The position numbers and the translations under genes were made by a program. The notes under the pieces are model-generated. The model was not told the DNA's origin, searched no databases, and saw nothing but the letters and a program-made list of their open reading frames with translations. A stretch of 64,000 nucleotides of DNA, from contig JBMOIC010000011.1 in assembly GCA_049317525.1 (NCBI GenBank), positions 1,643 through 65,642 on the forward strand. Direction: 5' to 3'. This document shows positions 19,358 to 30,847 of this stretch, piece by piece; position 1 is the stretch's first letter, and each line of letters begins with the position of its first letter. This DNA comes from Bacteroidota bacterium (GTDB taxonomy: Bacteria; Bacteroidota; Ignavibacteria; Kapaibacteriales; UBA961).

Positions 19358-21403
19358 ATGTCGCGCACAATTAAGCTAGAAAAATATAGAAATATAGGTA
19401 TAATAGCCCACATTGATGCAGGCAAAACAACAACTACCGAGCGTATTCTTTTCTTTACAGGTTCCCTTCATAAAATGGGGGAAGTTCATGAAGGCACAGC
19501 TTTTATGGATTATATGGACCAAGAAAGAGAGAGAGGAATAACAATAACATCGGCTGCAACTACTTGCTATTGGCAAGGGCATCAGATAAATATTATAGAT
19601 ACGCCCGGACACGTTGATTTTACAGCAGAAGTTCAAAGATCTTTAAGAGTGCTTGATGGTGCGGTTGCTGTATTTTGTGCAGTAGCTGGAGTAGAGCCTC
19701 AATCAGAAACTGTTTGGCGTCAAGCTGATCAATTTAAAGTTCCTAGGATAGTATATATAAATAAAATGGATCGAATTGGTGCTGATTTTTACAAAGCGCT
19801 GGATTCAATCAAAGATACATTGCATGCTCGGCCAGTACCTTTATATATACCTGTTGGAAGCTCTGAAGATTTTTCTGGAATTATAGACTTGATAGAAATG
19901 AAATATATCAAATATATAGATTCCGAAAAGTCTGAAAATTTTCTGATTGAACAAATTCCTTTATCAATGATGCAAGAAGCTGAAGATAAAAGAAATGAAA
20001 TGATTGAAGCAATAGCAGAAAACAGTGACTTAATTTTAGAAAAGTACTTTGGCAATGAGCAAATAGAAGTTTCGGAATTATATGAAGCTATAAGAGAATC
20101 CGTTATTCAATCTAAATTTTTGCCAGTAACATGTGGTTCTTCATTTAAGAACAAAGGTGTTCAAGAATTATTAAATAGCATAGTAAGATATCTTCCTTCT
20201 CCGATAGATCGTGGTTCGGTAACCGGATTTAGTCCTGAAGATTCTGAAATAATATTAGAAAGAAAGCCAAGTGAAGATGAGCCTTTTTCTGGACTAGCCT
20301 TTAAAGTTTTGACAGATGTATATGTAGGTAGGCTTACTTTTGTAAGAATCTACTCTGGAAAACTAAAAGTTGGAGATATGATATATAATCCAACAGAAGG
20401 TAAAAGAGAAAGAGTTCAAAAAATCTTAAGAATGCAGGCAAATAGAAGAGATGAACTTGCAGAATGTTTGGCTGGAGAAATAGTAGCGATACCTGGGCTA
20501 AAGTTTACAAAAACAGGTGATACAATTTGTATCCAAGAAAGTCAAGTGCTCTTTGAAAAAATCAGTTTTTTGGAACCTGTTATCAATCAATCGGTTGAAG
20601 CAAAGTCAACATCAGATCAGCAGAAAATGTTGGAGGCTTTGGCAAGACTTGCAGATGAAGATCCAACATTTAAATTTGTGAATGATCAAGAAAGTGGTCA
20701 GATAATTATTAGCGGTGTTGGAGAGCTTCACTTAGACATTATTGTAGATAGACTTAAAAGAGAGTTTTCTGTTCAAACGAGAGTTGGTAAGCCACAGGTA
20801 GCATATAGAGAAACTGTATTAAAATCTGCAATTCATGAATATGAATTTGAAAAACAGATAGGTACAAAGAATCAATATGCCAGGGTAAAAGTAGATATTA
20901 GACCATCAGAGAAGAGTGCTGGTAACTCTGTAAAGATGTCAAGTGATTCTAATAAACTACAAGCTGTTTTGGTGAATGCATTGTTAGAAAGTGCAAAAAG
21001 TTCATTAGCAGTAGGCCCAATAGCCGGATATCCTATGGTAGATGTTCAAGTAGAAATACTTGAAGTAGGAACAAGAGAAGGCGAAACAACTGATATAGCA
21101 TGTAAAGTAGCAGTTTCAAATGCTGTTAGAGAAGCAATTGCAAAAGCAAATCCAAGTTTATTGGAACCAATTTTTGCAGTAGAGGCAATAGCACCGATGG
21201 AATATATAGGCGATATAATAGCAGATATAAACTCTCGGAAAGGTCGGATTGAAGAGATTACGCAAAAGGGTAGCTCACAAGGTGTAAAAGCCAGTGTGCC
21301 ATTGAGCCAAATGTTTGGTTATGTAACCAAACTAAGGTCAATGACTCAAGGCAGAGGATCATATACAATGATTTTCTCACATTATGAGCCTACGGACGCT
21401 TGA
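19358..21403 (+). CDS. fusA: elongation factor G (syntenic fusA position; domain-IV tip loops divergent)
   Basis: 681 aa. Canonical N-terminus [24 protein letters not shown]. Domain-IV loops are degenerate ([12 protein letters not shown] instead of K.SGG.GQ(Y/F); [14 protein letters not shown] instead of ..HDVDSSE..). The C-terminus ends abruptly at ...FSHYEPTDA. Confidence 0.85.
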   Translation: MSRTIKLEKYRNIGIIAHIDAGKTTTTERILFFTGSLHKMGEVHEGTAFMDYMDQERERGITITSAATTCYWQGHQINIIDTPGHVDFTAEVQRSLRVLDGAVAVFCAVAGVEPQSETVWRQADQFKVPRIVYINKMDRIGADFYKALDSIKDTLHARPVPLYIPVGSSEDFSGIIDLIEMKYIKYIDSEKSENFLIEQIPLSMMQEAEDKRNEMIEAIAENSDLILEKYFGNEQIEVSELYEAIRESVIQSKFLPVTCGSSFKNKGVQELLNSIVRYLPSPIDRGSVTGFSPEDSEIILERKPSEDEPFSGLAFKVLTDVYVGRLTFVRIYSGKLKVGDMIYNPTEGKRERVQKILRMQANRRDELAECLAGEIVAIPGLKFTKTGDTICIQESQVLFEKISFLEPVINQSVEAKSTSDQQKMLEALARLADEDPTFKFVNDQESGQIIISGVGELHLDIIVDRLKREFSVQTRVGKPQVAYRETVLKSAIHEYEFEKQIGTKNQYARVKVDIRPSEKSAGNSVKMSSDSNKLQAVLVNALLESAKSSLAVGPIAGYPMVDVQVEILEVGTREGETTDIACKVAVSNAVREAIAKANPSLLEPIFAVEAIAPMEYIGDIIADINSRKGRIEEITQKGSSQGVKASVPLSQMFGYVTKLRSMTQGRGSYTMIFSHYEPTDA

Positions 21404-21467
21404 TCAAAAAAAGAAAGATATAATATATTAATATTTTTGTAAAAATAGTTATCACTTTAGGTGCACT

Positions 21468-22676
21468 ATGGCAAAAGAGAAATTTGACAGGTCGAAACCA
21501 CACGTTAATATTGGCACAATTGGCCATGTTGACCACGGTAAGACAACATTGACAGCAGCCATTACTATGGCTTTAGCTAAAACAGGTCTTTCTGCAAAGC
21601 GTTCGTACGATTCAATTGACAATGCTCCAGAAGAAAAAGCTCGTGGGATCACCATTAATACTGCCCACGTAGAATATGAAACTGCAAATCGTCACTATGC
21701 ACACGTAGATTGTCCAGGCCACGCAGATTATGTAAAAAACATGATTACAGGTGCGGCACAAATGGATGGCGCAATCTTAGTTGTAGCTGGTACAGACGGT
21801 CCAATGCCTCAAACCCGCGAACATATCTTGCTTGCACGCCAAGTTGGTGTACCTCGTATTGTAGTATTCTTGAACAAAGTAGATATAGCAGATCCAGAAT
21901 TATTGGATTTGGTAGAATTAGAAGTTCGTGAACTATTATCTAAATATGAGTTTCCAGGCGATGATTTACCTATCATAATGGGTTCTGCATTACAAGCATT
22001 GGATGCAGGTACATCAGAATCAGCAGCTATTGATGATCCAAGATTGAAACCAGTTTTAGATTTAATGCAAGCAGTTGATGATTATATTCCTACACCTACT
22101 CGTGAAACAGATAAACCATTCTTAATGCCTGTTGAAGATGTATTTTCAATTACTGGCCGTGGAACAGTTGCAACTGGACGTATCGAGCGTGGAATAGTTA
22201 AATTAAATGAAGAAGTAGAGCTAGTAGGTTTCGGCTTACAAAAGAAAACAACTGTAACAGGAATTGAGATGTTTCGTAAGCTACTAGATGAAGGTGTAGC
22301 TGGAGACAATGTAGGCTTATTGTTACGTGGTGTAGCTAAAGAAGAAATTGAGCGTGGCATGGTTCTTGCGAAGTCAGGATCAATGACTCCTCACCATAAA
22401 TTTATGGCCCAGGTTTATGTGTTGAACAAAGATGAAGGTGGTCGTCATACTCCATTTTTTGATGGATATCGCCCTCAGTTTTATTTTCGTACAACAGATG
22501 TAACTGGTGTTGCAACATTACCAAGTGGAACTGAAATGGTTATGCCTGGTGATAATATTGATAACTTCGCTATAGAATTAATCACACCTGTTGCTATGGA
22601 AGACGGTTTACGCTTTTCAATCCGTGAAGGCGGAAGAACAGTAGGTGCTGGTGTTATTACAAAAATTATTGAATAA
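21468..22676 (+). CDS. tuf: elongation factor Tu
   Basis: 402 aa. [21 protein letters not shown]; full-length EF-Tu similarity. Confidence 0.97.
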   Translation: MAKEKFDRSKPHVNIGTIGHVDHGKTTLTAAITMALAKTGLSAKRSYDSIDNAPEEKARGITINTAHVEYETANRHYAHVDCPGHADYVKNMITGAAQMDGAILVVAGTDGPMPQTREHILLARQVGVPRIVVFLNKVDIADPELLDLVELEVRELLSKYEFPGDDLPIIMGSALQALDAGTSESAAIDDPRLKPVLDLMQAVDDYIPTPTRETDKPFLMPVEDVFSITGRGTVATGRIERGIVKLNEEVELVGFGLQKKTTVTGIEMFRKLLDEGVAGDNVGLLLRGVAKEEIERGMVLAKSGSMTPHHKFMAQVYVLNKDEGGRHTPFFDGYRPQFYFRTTDVTGVATLPSGTEMVMPGDNIDNFAIELITPVAMEDGLRFSIREGGRTVGAGVITKIIE

Positions 22677-22742
22677 ATGTACCAAATGGCATGGGCCGAT
22701 ACATTCGGGCTTTGTCTTTTTTGTCTAAATATTTGAAGGTAC

Positions 22743-23057
22743 GTGAGCGTGTCAACCCAAAGGATTCGTATAAAACTTAAGTCATACGACCATAACCTAA
22801 TTGATAAATCATCCGAGCGAATTGTTCGTACGATTAAACAAACTGGGGCGGTTGTTTCCGGTCCAATTCCATTACCTACGGAAAAGACTGTGTACACGGT
22901 TCTACGTTCGCCGCACGTTGACAAGAAGTCGCGCGAGCAATTTGAAGCGCGTGTTCACAAGCGTCTGATAGATATCTTCAGCTCAACACAGCGTACGATT
23001 GATGCATTAATGCGTCTTGAATTACCTGCGGGAGTTGATGTAGAGGTAAAGGTCTAA
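22743..23057 (+). CDS. rpsJ: 30S ribosomal protein S10
   Basis: 104 aa, GTG start (alternative GTG at 22749). [18 protein letters not shown]... Confidence 0.93.
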   Translation: MSVSTQRIRIKLKSYDHNLIDKSSERIVRTIKQTGAVVSGPIPLPTEKTVYTVLRSPHVDKKSREQFEARVHKRLIDIFSSTQRTIDALMRLELPAGVDVEVKV

Positions 23058-23070
23058 GGAGAAAGTAAAG

Positions 23071-23688
23071 ATGCTTTTAGGTCGTAAATTAGGTATGACA
23101 AGTATATTCAGCACATCTGGTGAATATGTCCCTTGTACAGTAATAGAAGCCGGACCTTGCGCAGTAGTGCAGGTTAGGTCAAAAGAGAAGGATGGATACA
23201 CAGCTGTTCAGATAGGATTTGAAGATATCCCTGAACGTAAGGTATCACAACCACAAATTGGACATTTTAAAAAGTCCGGAGTTTCTCCTAAGCGCCATTT
23301 AAGGGAGTTTAGATCTGAAACGGTTACTTTAACTCCTGGTGAAATACTAACAGTTGATAGTATTCTAAAGAAAGGTGATAAAGTAAAAGTATCAGGAACT
23401 TCTAAAGGTCGAGGTTTTCAGGGTGTAATGAAGCGCCATCACTTTAGTGGTGTTGGTATGTCATCACATGGTCAATCTGACAGACAGCGTCATCCTGGAT
23501 CCATTGGTTCTTCATCATTTCCATCCCGAGTTTTCAAGGGTATGAGAATGGCAGGAAGAATGGGTGGAACAACAATAAGCATCCGTAATTTAGAAGTGTT
23601 AGATGTAATGCCAGAGCAAAATCTACTTATAATAAAAGGTAGTATCCCTGGTTCAATCAATTCGATTGTTGAAATTGTGAAGCTGTAA
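23071..23688 (+). CDS. rplC: 50S ribosomal protein L3
   Basis: 205 aa. LGRKLGMT...GKGFQGVMKRH.F.G. Confidence 0.95.
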   Translation: MLLGRKLGMTSIFSTSGEYVPCTVIEAGPCAVVQVRSKEKDGYTAVQIGFEDIPERKVSQPQIGHFKKSGVSPKRHLREFRSETVTLTPGEILTVDSILKKGDKVKVSGTSKGRGFQGVMKRHHFSGVGMSSHGQSDRQRHPGSIGSSSFPSRVFKGMRMAGRMGGTTISIRNLEVLDVMPEQNLLIIKGSIPGSINSIVEIVKL

Positions 23689-23696
23689 GGTATAAT

Positions 23697-24317
23697 ATGC
23701 TCATTAATGTGTACGGAAAAAATGGATCTGTGACTGGTCAGGTTGAATTACCTGATGAAGTCTTTAATGTTGAGCCTAGCGAGCATGCTATGTACCTTGC
23801 GGTAAAAGCATATTTAGCAAATCAAAGGCAAGGCACTCACAAAACAAAAGTTAGATCTGAAGTTTCTGGTGGTGGTAGAAAGCCATGGAAGCAAAAAGGC
23901 CGCGGGACAGCCCGTTCTGGTTCTAATAGATCGCCTGTATGGGTTGGTGGTGGAACAATACATGGGCCACGTCCACACTTATATAAGCAATACTTACCTA
24001 CTCAAATGAGAAGGCTTGCACGTAAGTCAGCTTTATCATTAAGAGTACAAGAGCAAAACCTTTTGATTGTAGATGATATGTCTTTTAGTGACATAAAAAC
24101 TAAAAATTTGATTACAGTGCTTAAAGCGCTTAATCTTGAAGGACAAAAAGCATTGATTATGCTTAAAGGCTCTGATAGAAATACAATATTGTCTGCAAGA
24201 AATATACCTGGTGTGTCTACAACACCAGCAAACATAGCTTCAACATATGACATATTGAATCATAAAAAAATCATCCTGTGTAAAGAAGCACTTCAGGATT
24301 TAGTGCAAACATTTTAA
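23697..24317 (+). CDS. rplD: 50S ribosomal protein L4
   Basis: 206 aa. SGGGRKPWKQKGTGRAR.GS.RSP.W.GGG-type motif. Confidence 0.93.
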   Translation: MLINVYGKNGSVTGQVELPDEVFNVEPSEHAMYLAVKAYLANQRQGTHKTKVRSEVSGGGRKPWKQKGRGTARSGSNRSPVWVGGGTIHGPRPHLYKQYLPTQMRRLARKSALSLRVQEQNLLIVDDMSFSDIKTKNLITVLKALNLEGQKALIMLKGSDRNTILSARNIPGVSTTPANIASTYDILNHKKIILCKEALQDLVQTF

Positions 24318-24344
24318 CACTGAAGTATAAGTAGGCTTATTAAA

Positions 24345-24653
24345 ATGATAACAGTAATTAAGTATCCACTGCTAACAGAGAAAGCAGCAAAACTATCTGA
24401 AATGAATCAGTATACTTTTGAAGTGACAACAGTGGCGAACAAAATTCAGATAAAAACAGCCATTGAAAAGCTATATGAAGTGAAAGTAAGTTCAGTTCGT
24501 ACAGTAAATGTAAAAGGCAAAAGCAAGACCCGCTCTACAAAGAAAGGGATCATGCGTGGTACAACTCCCTTGCGTAAGAAGGCATATGTAACTCTTGCAA
24601 AAGGATACACAATTGATCTAGTTGGCGGTGAAGGTAACGTCTCCGAAGATTAA
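24345..24653 (+). CDS. rplW: 50S ribosomal protein L23
   Basis: 102 aa. IKYPLLTEKA...YTFEV... L23-like. Confidence 0.9.
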   Translation: MITVIKYPLLTEKAAKLSEMNQYTFEVTTVANKIQIKTAIEKLYEVKVSSVRTVNVKGKSKTRSTKKGIMRGTTPLRKKAYVTLAKGYTIDLVGGEGNVSED

Positions 24654-24667
24654 AATAGAGAAAGATA

Positions 24668-25504
24668 ATGGCTTTAAGAATACTAAAACCGATAACCCCC
24701 GGTACGAGATTTTACTCAGTTAGTTCATTTTCTGAACTAACTCCAGGTGCAAAACCTGAAAAGTCTTTGCTAGTAGCAAAGAAAAAATCTGGTGGTCGTA
24801 ATAATACTGGTCGTATTACATCACGTCACATTGGTGGCGGACATAAGCAAAAGTACCGTATTATAGATTTTAAACGACGTAAATTTGATATGCCGGCAGA
24901 AGTATTAAGTATACAATACGATCCAAATCGTACATGCCGTATAGCATTGATTCGTTATGAAGATGGAGAATTGGCATATATTTTATCTCCGAATAAGCTT
25001 AAGGTTGGTCAGAAAGTAATGTCTGGGCCAAAAGCTGATTTCCAAGATGGAAATGCATTGCCACTTGAAAAAATACCAGTAGGTATGTTCATTCACAATA
25101 TTGAATTAAAGCCAGGAAAAGGCGGACAAATGGTTCGCAGTGCTGGAACAGGTGCACAGCTTGTAGGATTTGATAATGGAATGGCTCAAGTAAAATTACC
25201 ATCTGGTGAAATTAGAAAAGTATCTCAGGTTTGCATGGCAACACTTGGTGTTGTAGGTAATTCTGATCATGAAAATATTCTCTATGGTAAAGCTGGCCGT
25301 ATGCGCTGGTTAGGAGTAAGACCTCAAACACGTGGTATGGCGATGAATCCGATAGATCACCCAATGGGTGGTGGAGAAGGAAGATCAAAATCCGGTGGTG
25401 GTCGTCAGCATCCACGTTCACCTTGGGGTCAATTAGCAAAAGGCCTTAAGACACGTAGACAAAAGAAGAAGTCAACAGATCTTATTGTTCGTAAAAGAAA
25501 ATAA
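24668..25504 (+). CDS. rplB: 50S ribosomal protein L2
   Basis: 278 aa. [18 protein letters not shown]. Confidence 0.96.
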   Translation: MALRILKPITPGTRFYSVSSFSELTPGAKPEKSLLVAKKKSGGRNNTGRITSRHIGGGHKQKYRIIDFKRRKFDMPAEVLSIQYDPNRTCRIALIRYEDGELAYILSPNKLKVGQKVMSGPKADFQDGNALPLEKIPVGMFIHNIELKPGKGGQMVRSAGTGAQLVGFDNGMAQVKLPSGEIRKVSQVCMATLGVVGNSDHENILYGKAGRMRWLGVRPQTRGMAMNPIDHPMGGGEGRSKSGGGRQHPRSPWGQLAKGLKTRRQKKKSTDLIVRKRK

Positions 25505-25514
25505 CTAGGAAAGT

Positions 25515-25802
25515 ATGGCTCGCTCACTCAAAAAAGGCGCCTTTATATACTACAAATTGGCGAAAAAAGTAGACCTCTTGAATGATTCAGGAAAAAAAGT
25601 AGTAGTTAAAACGTGGTCACGTGCATCAACTATTGCTCCTGAATTTGTGGGTCACACATTTGCAGTACATAATGGCAACAAGTTCATACCAGTGTATGTA
25701 ACTGAAAATATGGTAGGACATAAGCTCGGCGAATTTTCTCCAACGAGAACTTTCAAAGGGCATGCAGGTAACAGAAAAGATCAAAAGTCCGGAAAACGAT
25801 AA
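25515..25802 (+). CDS. rpsS: 30S ribosomal protein S19
   Basis: 95 aa. ARSLKKG.F...TWSRAS.I.PEFVGHT.AVHNG. Confidence 0.95.
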   Translation: MARSLKKGAFIYYKLAKKVDLLNDSGKKVVVKTWSRASTIAPEFVGHTFAVHNGNKFIPVYVTENMVGHKLGEFSPTRTFKGHAGNRKDQKSGKR

Positions 25803-25826
25803 TCCGTAGCTGAATAAGGTTAGATT

Positions 25827-26180
25827 ATGCTAAATGCTCGTGCAACAAAACGCTATTTGCGTTCATCACCCCGCAAAATGCGCCTGGTGATAGATTTGAT
25901 ACGAGGAAAGTCAGCGCAACAAGCGATTGCGACGCTGAAATTCTCTACAAAGTCGGCAGCTAAAGATGCAGAAATGGTGCTTCGCTCTGCGATATCCAAT
26001 GTTTTGGAGAAAGCACTCGCTGCAAATGAGCGTGTTGATGAAGGAAAGCTTTATGTAAGTAAGGTCTATGTCAATCAAGGCCCTACAGCGAAGCGTATTT
26101 CTCCTGCTCCAATGGGTAGGGCTTATAGAATTCGTAAACGCTCGCACCATCTCACAATTGAAGTTTCAGTTGTCAAGTAA
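25827..26180 (+). CDS. rplV: 50S ribosomal protein L22
   Basis: 117 aa. Position and L22-like sequence. Confidence 0.9.
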   Translation: MLNARATKRYLRSSPRKMRLVIDLIRGKSAQQAIATLKFSTKSAAKDAEMVLRSAISNVLEKALAANERVDEGKLYVSKVYVNQGPTAKRISPAPMGRAYRIRKRSHHLTIEVSVVK

Positions 26181-26196
26181 TTAACAGGAGAGAGCT

Positions 26197-26841
26197 TTGG
26201 GTCAGAAGACAAATCCGATTGGTCTCCGTTTAGGCATAGTACGCCAATGGGATGCTAATTGGTTCGATGAAAAGAATGTAGCAGAAAAACTTACAGAAGA
26301 TTTGATGGTACGTTCATATATAAAAAGCCGTTTGCGTAAAGCAGGTGTAGCTAGAATAATAATCGAACGTACAGCAAAACAATTGCGTTTAACATTGCAT
26401 ACTTCAAGACCAGGTGTAATCATTGGCCGTTCAGGTAAAGATATTACATTGTTGGAAGAAGAATTAAAGAAGATATCACGCAAAGATGTAAAAGTCTTAA
26501 TACACGAGATAAAGCGCCCAGAAGTGGAAGCCCAATTGGTAGCCGAAAATATCGCTCAGCAACTTGAAGGACGTGTTTCATTTCGTAAAGCAATGAAGCA
26601 ATCTGTTGGAGCTGCAATGAGAATGGGTGCGGAAGGTATCAGAGTAATGTGTTCAGGTCGTTTGGGCGGTGCAGATATGTCCCGTACTGAACAGTATAAA
26701 GAAGGTAGAGTACCTTTACACACATTAAGAGCTGATATTGACTATGGCACAGCAACAGCAGCAACCGTTTACGGTTTGATTGGTGTAAAAACTTGGATTT
26801 GCCGAGGTGAAGTAATCGGCAAGCTTATAACAAAGGACTAA
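26197..26841 (+). CDS. rpsC: 30S ribosomal protein S3
   Basis: 214 aa, TTG start. [13 protein letters not shown]... Confidence 0.95.
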   Translation: MGQKTNPIGLRLGIVRQWDANWFDEKNVAEKLTEDLMVRSYIKSRLRKAGVARIIIERTAKQLRLTLHTSRPGVIIGRSGKDITLLEEELKKISRKDVKVLIHEIKRPEVEAQLVAENIAQQLEGRVSFRKAMKQSVGAAMRMGAEGIRVMCSGRLGGADMSRTEQYKEGRVPLHTLRADIDYGTATAATVYGLIGVKTWICRGEVIGKLITKD

Positions 26842-26858
26842 GAGAAGGATATAGCACA

Positions 26859-27278
26859 ATGTTGCTGCCTAAAAGAGTAAAACATAGAAAAACCCAACGC
26901 GGTAGAATGAAAGGCAAGGCCTATCGTGGTTCTCAAGTAGCCTTTGGTACTTTTGGTATGAAAGCACTTGAACCCGCTTGGATAACAAATCGTCAGATTG
27001 AATCTGCACGTATTGCGATAAATCGCTATTTACGTCGTGATGGTAAAGTATGGATTAGAATATTTCCAGACAAACCGGTTACGAAAAAACCAGCGGAAAC
27101 GCGTATGGGTAGTGGTAAAGGAAATCCTGAATTCTGGGTTGCGGTAGTTAAACCTGGACGCATACTTTTTGAAATCGATGGTGTTTCAAAAGAGTCAGCG
27201 CAAGAAGCTGTTCGTTTAGCTTCTCACAAATTACCAATTAAGATAAAATTTGTAACACGCTTGGATGCTGCACAGTAA
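26859..27278 (+). CDS. rplP: 50S ribosomal protein L16
   Basis: 139 aa. [18 protein letters not shown]. Confidence 0.95.
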   Translation: MLLPKRVKHRKTQRGRMKGKAYRGSQVAFGTFGMKALEPAWITNRQIESARIAINRYLRRDGKVWIRIFPDKPVTKKPAETRMGSGKGNPEFWVAVVKPGRILFEIDGVSKESAQEAVRLASHKLPIKIKFVTRLDAAQ

Positions 27279-27481
27279 TGAAACCGCAAAAAGCGTCGGA
27301 TATTCGCAAGTTCTCAGAAGAAGAACTACATGAAATGTTAGCTTCAACACAAGAAGCAATGATGATGAGAAATTTTGAAAAGGCATTAAGCCAATTAGAA
27401 AATCCATCTCAAATTAGAATTTTAAGAAAAGATATTGCGCGCATTAAAACAGTGTTGCGTGAGCGGAATGTCAAAATCTGA
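27278..27481 (+). CDS. rpmC: 50S ribosomal protein L29
   Basis: 67 aa. 1-nt TAATG overlap with rplP. Position and size fit L29. Confidence 0.85.
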   Translation: MKPQKASDIRKFSEEELHEMLASTQEAMMMRNFEKALSQLENPSQIRILRKDIARIKTVLRERNVKI

Positions 27482-27501
27482 CAAATTACGCATAAAGCTT
27501 T

Positions 27502-27795
27502 ATGGAAACTATGGCTACTATTATTGCAACAGATCAAAAGCCCTCTACGAGCGGAAAAAAAGTTCGTCAAGGCAAAGTAATAAGTGCTGCTATGAATAAA
27601 AGTATTATTGTAGCGATCGAGCGTCAAGTTGCTCATCCGTTATATAAGAAATATTACAAGCAGACAAAAAAAGTTATGGCCCATGATGAGGGCAATGAAT
27701 GCCGCGTAGGTGACATTGTACGAGTTATTGAAAGTCGTCCATTAAGTGCTAGAAAGCGCTGGATGTTAGCAGAAGTTATTGAACGTGCGCAGTAA
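27502..27795 (+). CDS. rpsQ: 30S ribosomal protein S17
   Basis: 97 aa. GKVISAAMNKSIIVAIERQVAHPLYKK. Confidence 0.92.
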   Translation: METMATIIATDQKPSTSGKKVRQGKVISAAMNKSIIVAIERQVAHPLYKKYYKQTKKVMAHDEGNECRVGDIVRVIESRPLSARKRWMLAEVIERAQ

Positions 27796-27810
27796 TATAG
27801 GAACACTTAG

Positions 27811-28179
27811 ATGATACAAGAAGAATCAAATCTTATAGCAGCCGATAATTCGGGCGCAAAACGTGTTCGTTGTATACGTATACTTGGTGGACATGGAAGG
27901 CGTTATGCAGGTGTAGGCGACATTATTGTTGTGTCTATAAAAACTGCTCTTCCCAATGCAGGTGTAAAAAAAGGCGAAGTATGCAAGGCTGTTGTTGTTC
28001 GCACAAAAAAAGAAATTAGACGTAAAGATGGATCTTTCATCCGTTTTGATGAGAATGCAGCTGTTATTCTCAATGGTCAAGGTGAACCAAGAGGTACTCG
28101 TATATTTGGACCTGTGGCACGCGAATTGCGTGAGAAAAGTTTTATGAAAATCGTTTCTTTGGCACCAGAGGTATTATAA
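27811..28179 (+). CDS. rplN: 50S ribosomal protein L14
   Basis: 122 aa. [15 protein letters not shown]... Confidence 0.95.
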   Translation: MIQEESNLIAADNSGAKRVRCIRILGGHGRRYAGVGDIIVVSIKTALPNAGVKKGEVCKAVVVRTKKEIRRKDGSFIRFDENAAVILNGQGEPRGTRIFGPVARELREKSFMKIVSLAPEVL

Positions 28180-28192
28180 GGATCGAATCTAC

Positions 28193-28525
28193 ATGAAGAT
28201 GTTAATTAAAAAGAATGATTTAGTTAAAGTTATAAGTGGTGACGATAAAGGCAAACAAGGCCGTGTTATCGAAACCCAAGCAAAAAAAGCTAGAGTATTG
28301 GTTGAAGGTGTTAATATACACAAACGCCATACACGTAAAAGCGCTGCTAATCCAGATGGTGGCATTATGGAAAGAGAATTTCCTATTGCTTATTCAAATG
28401 TGATGCTTATTGATCCAGAAACTAAAAAAGCTACAAGAATTCGTGTTGAACGAATTGAAAAAGATGGTAAAACACAGGTTAAACGTATTGCCGTTAAATC
28501 TGGCAAGGAAATTAAACTGCCTTAA
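28193..28525 (+). CDS. rplX: 50S ribosomal protein L24
   Basis: 110 aa. [20 protein letters not shown] (KOW motif). Alternative start at 28199. Confidence 0.92.
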   Translation: MKMLIKKNDLVKVISGDDKGKQGRVIETQAKKARVLVEGVNIHKRHTRKSAANPDGGIMEREFPIAYSNVMLIDPETKKATRIRVERIEKDGKTQVKRIAVKSGKEIKLP

Positions 28526-28547
28526 AAGATTTGAATAGAGAATATAT

Positions 28548-29174
28548 ATGGCAAAAGCCCTACAACAATCGAAAAAATTTGATTTAAAGCCGGAAGGCAA
28601 GCGTCTTGAAGAATATTCAGGAACAGTTCCAGCCCCTCGTCTTTATGAATTTTACAAAAGTCAGGTAATTCCTGTCTTAAAAGAAAAATTCCAATATAAA
28701 TCAGTGATGCAAGTTCCAAAGATCACAAAGATTTGTATAAACATGGGAGTTGGAGCCGCAGTGCAGGATCCAAAAATTCTGCAATCAGCTGTTAATGAGT
28801 TAGAACTAATTACTGGGCAACGCCCAGCTATTAGTAAGTCCAAAAAAGCTATTGCTAATTTCCGCCTTCGAGCGGGAATGCCTATTGGATGTCATTTAAC
28901 TCTACGCGGAGCACGTATGTATGAATTTTTAGACAGATTCATAAATATTGCTTCACCTAGAATTCGCGATTTTCGTGGATTTTCGGATAATGGTTTTGAT
29001 GGCCGCGGTAATGTTACTATTGGAATCAAAGAACAAATTATCTTCCCGGAAATTGATGTTGATAAAGTAAATAAAATTGCTGGCATGGACATCACATTTG
29101 TTACAACATCCAAATCGGACGAGGAAGCTTCAGCTTTACTCAAAGAATTTGGTTTTCCTTTCCGCAAAGGTTAA
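28548..29174 (+). CDS. rplE: 50S ribosomal protein L5
   Basis: 208 aa. L5 motifs ([20 protein letters not shown]). Confidence 0.93.
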   Translation: MAKALQQSKKFDLKPEGKRLEEYSGTVPAPRLYEFYKSQVIPVLKEKFQYKSVMQVPKITKICINMGVGAAVQDPKILQSAVNELELITGQRPAISKSKKAIANFRLRAGMPIGCHLTLRGARMYEFLDRFINIASPRIRDFRGFSDNGFDGRGNVTIGIKEQIIFPEIDVDKVNKIAGMDITFVTTSKSDEEASALLKEFGFPFRKG

Positions 29175-29175
29175 T

Positions 29176-29445
29176 ATGGCTAAGACAAGTATTGTAGCGA
29201 GAAATGAAAAAAGAAAACGCTTATCTGCTAAATATGCAAAACAGCGTGAAGAGTTAAAAGCAGCTGGTGATTATGTTGGCTTGCAAAAACTCCCAAGAAA
29301 TAGTGCTCCTACGCGTGTTCGTAGCCGTTGTTCTGTAACAGGACGTGGTAAAGCAGTGTATAAAAAATTCGGTGTATGCAGAAATATCTTCCGCCAATTG
29401 GCGCTAGAAGGTAAAATACCCGGAATTCGTAAATCAAGTTGGTAA
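29176..29445 (+). CDS. rpsN: 30S ribosomal protein S14
   Basis: 89 aa. [16 protein letters not shown]...[39 protein letters not shown]. The ORF track extends upstream to 29077, but the start is set at the MAK methionine, 2 nt after the rplE stop. Confidence 0.9.
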   Translation: MAKTSIVARNEKRKRLSAKYAKQREELKAAGDYVGLQKLPRNSAPTRVRSRCSVTGRGKAVYKKFGVCRNIFRQLALEGKIPGIRKSSW

Positions 29446-29467
29446 ACTATTAGAAGCTTAGAATACT

Positions 29468-29863
29468 ATGCCGGTTACAGACACAATTGCAGATTTTATT
29501 ACTCGCATCAGAAATGCGGGTCAGGCACGACACAAGTTTGTTGTTGCCCCTGCTTCAAAGTTGAATTTACATATTGCCAATATCTTAAGTGATCAAGGTT
29601 TTATAGGTGAAGTTTCATCAATTGAAGAAGATAATCAGAAGTTTATTAAAGTAGGTCTTAAGTACTATGAAGGAAAACCTGTAATACAGGATATCCAAAG
29701 AGTAAGTAAGCCTGGTAGAAGAATTTATTCACCTGTAGAAAAGATTCCTAGAGTTAGCAATGGACTTGGTATATCTATCATTTCAACCTCTAAAGGATTG
29801 ATGACAGACAAGCAGGCACGCGCTTACAATGTAGGCGGTGAAATTATTTGCAAAGTACGCTAA
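29468..29863 (+). CDS. rpsH: 30S ribosomal protein S8
   Basis: 131 aa. TDTIADFITRIRNA... Confidence 0.95.
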   Translation: MPVTDTIADFITRIRNAGQARHKFVVAPASKLNLHIANILSDQGFIGEVSSIEEDNQKFIKVGLKYYEGKPVIQDIQRVSKPGRRIYSPVEKIPRVSNGLGISIISTSKGLMTDKQARAYNVGGEIICKVR

Positions 29864-29887
29864 TCCCTGGATTTAAGGAGATTTATC

Positions 29888-30427
29888 GTGTCAAGAATTG
29901 GCAAAAAACCTATAACAGTACCTGATAATGTACAGTTAACATATAATAATGAAACCCTAACCGTTAAAGGTCCAAAGGGTGTACAAACTGTACCGATTGC
30001 TGAAGGTATTTCATTTAATAATGAAAATGGAATATTAACTTTTGTTAGAGCAAATGATGAAAAAAAGGTAAGAGCATTGCATGGTTTATCCAGAGCTCTT
30101 GCATTTAATGCAATTCATGGCGTAACAAATGGCTACCAAAAAAACCTTACTATTGAAGGTGTTGGTTTTAAGGCAGAATTGAGAGGTTCTAAATTACTTT
30201 TAGCTTTAGGATATTCTCATCCTATATTGTTTATTCCACCAGCAGGTATTGAATTTGTTGTTGTAACCCCTACTTCCTTACAGATTAAGGGTGATAATAA
30301 ACATGATGTTGGCGAGGTAGCAGCAAAAATACGTAAGATACGTCCACCTGAACCTTACAAAGGCAAAGGAGTTAGATACGAAGGCGAATATATTCGTCGT
30401 AAAGCCGGTAAGTCCGCTGGCAAATAA
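29888..30427 (+). CDS. rplF: 50S ribosomal protein L6
   Basis: 179 aa, GTG start. SRIGKKPI.VP..V... Confidence 0.95.
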   Translation: MSRIGKKPITVPDNVQLTYNNETLTVKGPKGVQTVPIAEGISFNNENGILTFVRANDEKKVRALHGLSRALAFNAIHGVTNGYQKNLTIEGVGFKAELRGSKLLLALGYSHPILFIPPAGIEFVVVTPTSLQIKGDNKHDVGEVAAKIRKIRPPEPYKGKGVRYEGEYIRRKAGKSAGK

Positions 30428-30460
30428 TTTTCATCGCTGATTCAAAAGAGACCGTACGAG

Positions 30461-30832
30461 ATGAATTTACAAAAAGCAAAAACAAAGCGCCAATTGCGCA
30501 GAAAGCAACATATTCGTAAAACCATTTTTGGTAATCCAGAACGTTTACGTTTAAGTGTGAATAAAACAATAAAACATATAAGTGCACAAATTATTGATGA
30601 TACGAAGGGCTTTACGCTTGTTTCTGTTTCATCGGTAGAAAAAGATGTACGAGTAGCACTTGATAGCATTTCAACAAAAGTTGAACAAAGTAAATATGTT
30701 GGTGATTTACTAGCTAAAAGAGCAAAGGACGCAAATATTTCAAGTGTAGCATTTGATCGTAATGGTCATTTATACCATGGTAGAGTTAAAGCACTTGCAG
30801 AAGCTGCCCGCGAGGGTGGTCTGCAGTTCTAA
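30461..30832 (+). CDS. rplR: 50S ribosomal protein L18
   Basis: 123 aa. L18-like; ends ..GRVKALAEAAREGGLQF. Confidence 0.92.
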   Translation: MNLQKAKTKRQLRRKQHIRKTIFGNPERLRLSVNKTIKHISAQIIDDTKGFTLVSVSSVEKDVRVALDSISTKVEQSKYVGDLLAKRAKDANISSVAFDRNGHLYHGRVKALAEAAREGGLQF

Positions 30833-30847
30833 TTTATAGAGGATGCC

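Noticed and set aside
22677-22742. GC-rich segment after tuf (GGCATGGGCCGATACATTCGGGC...T6) considered as a terminator or attenuator
   Set aside because: The two arms are not truly complementary when written out; at most a weak imperfect stem. Likely just the rpsJ leader.
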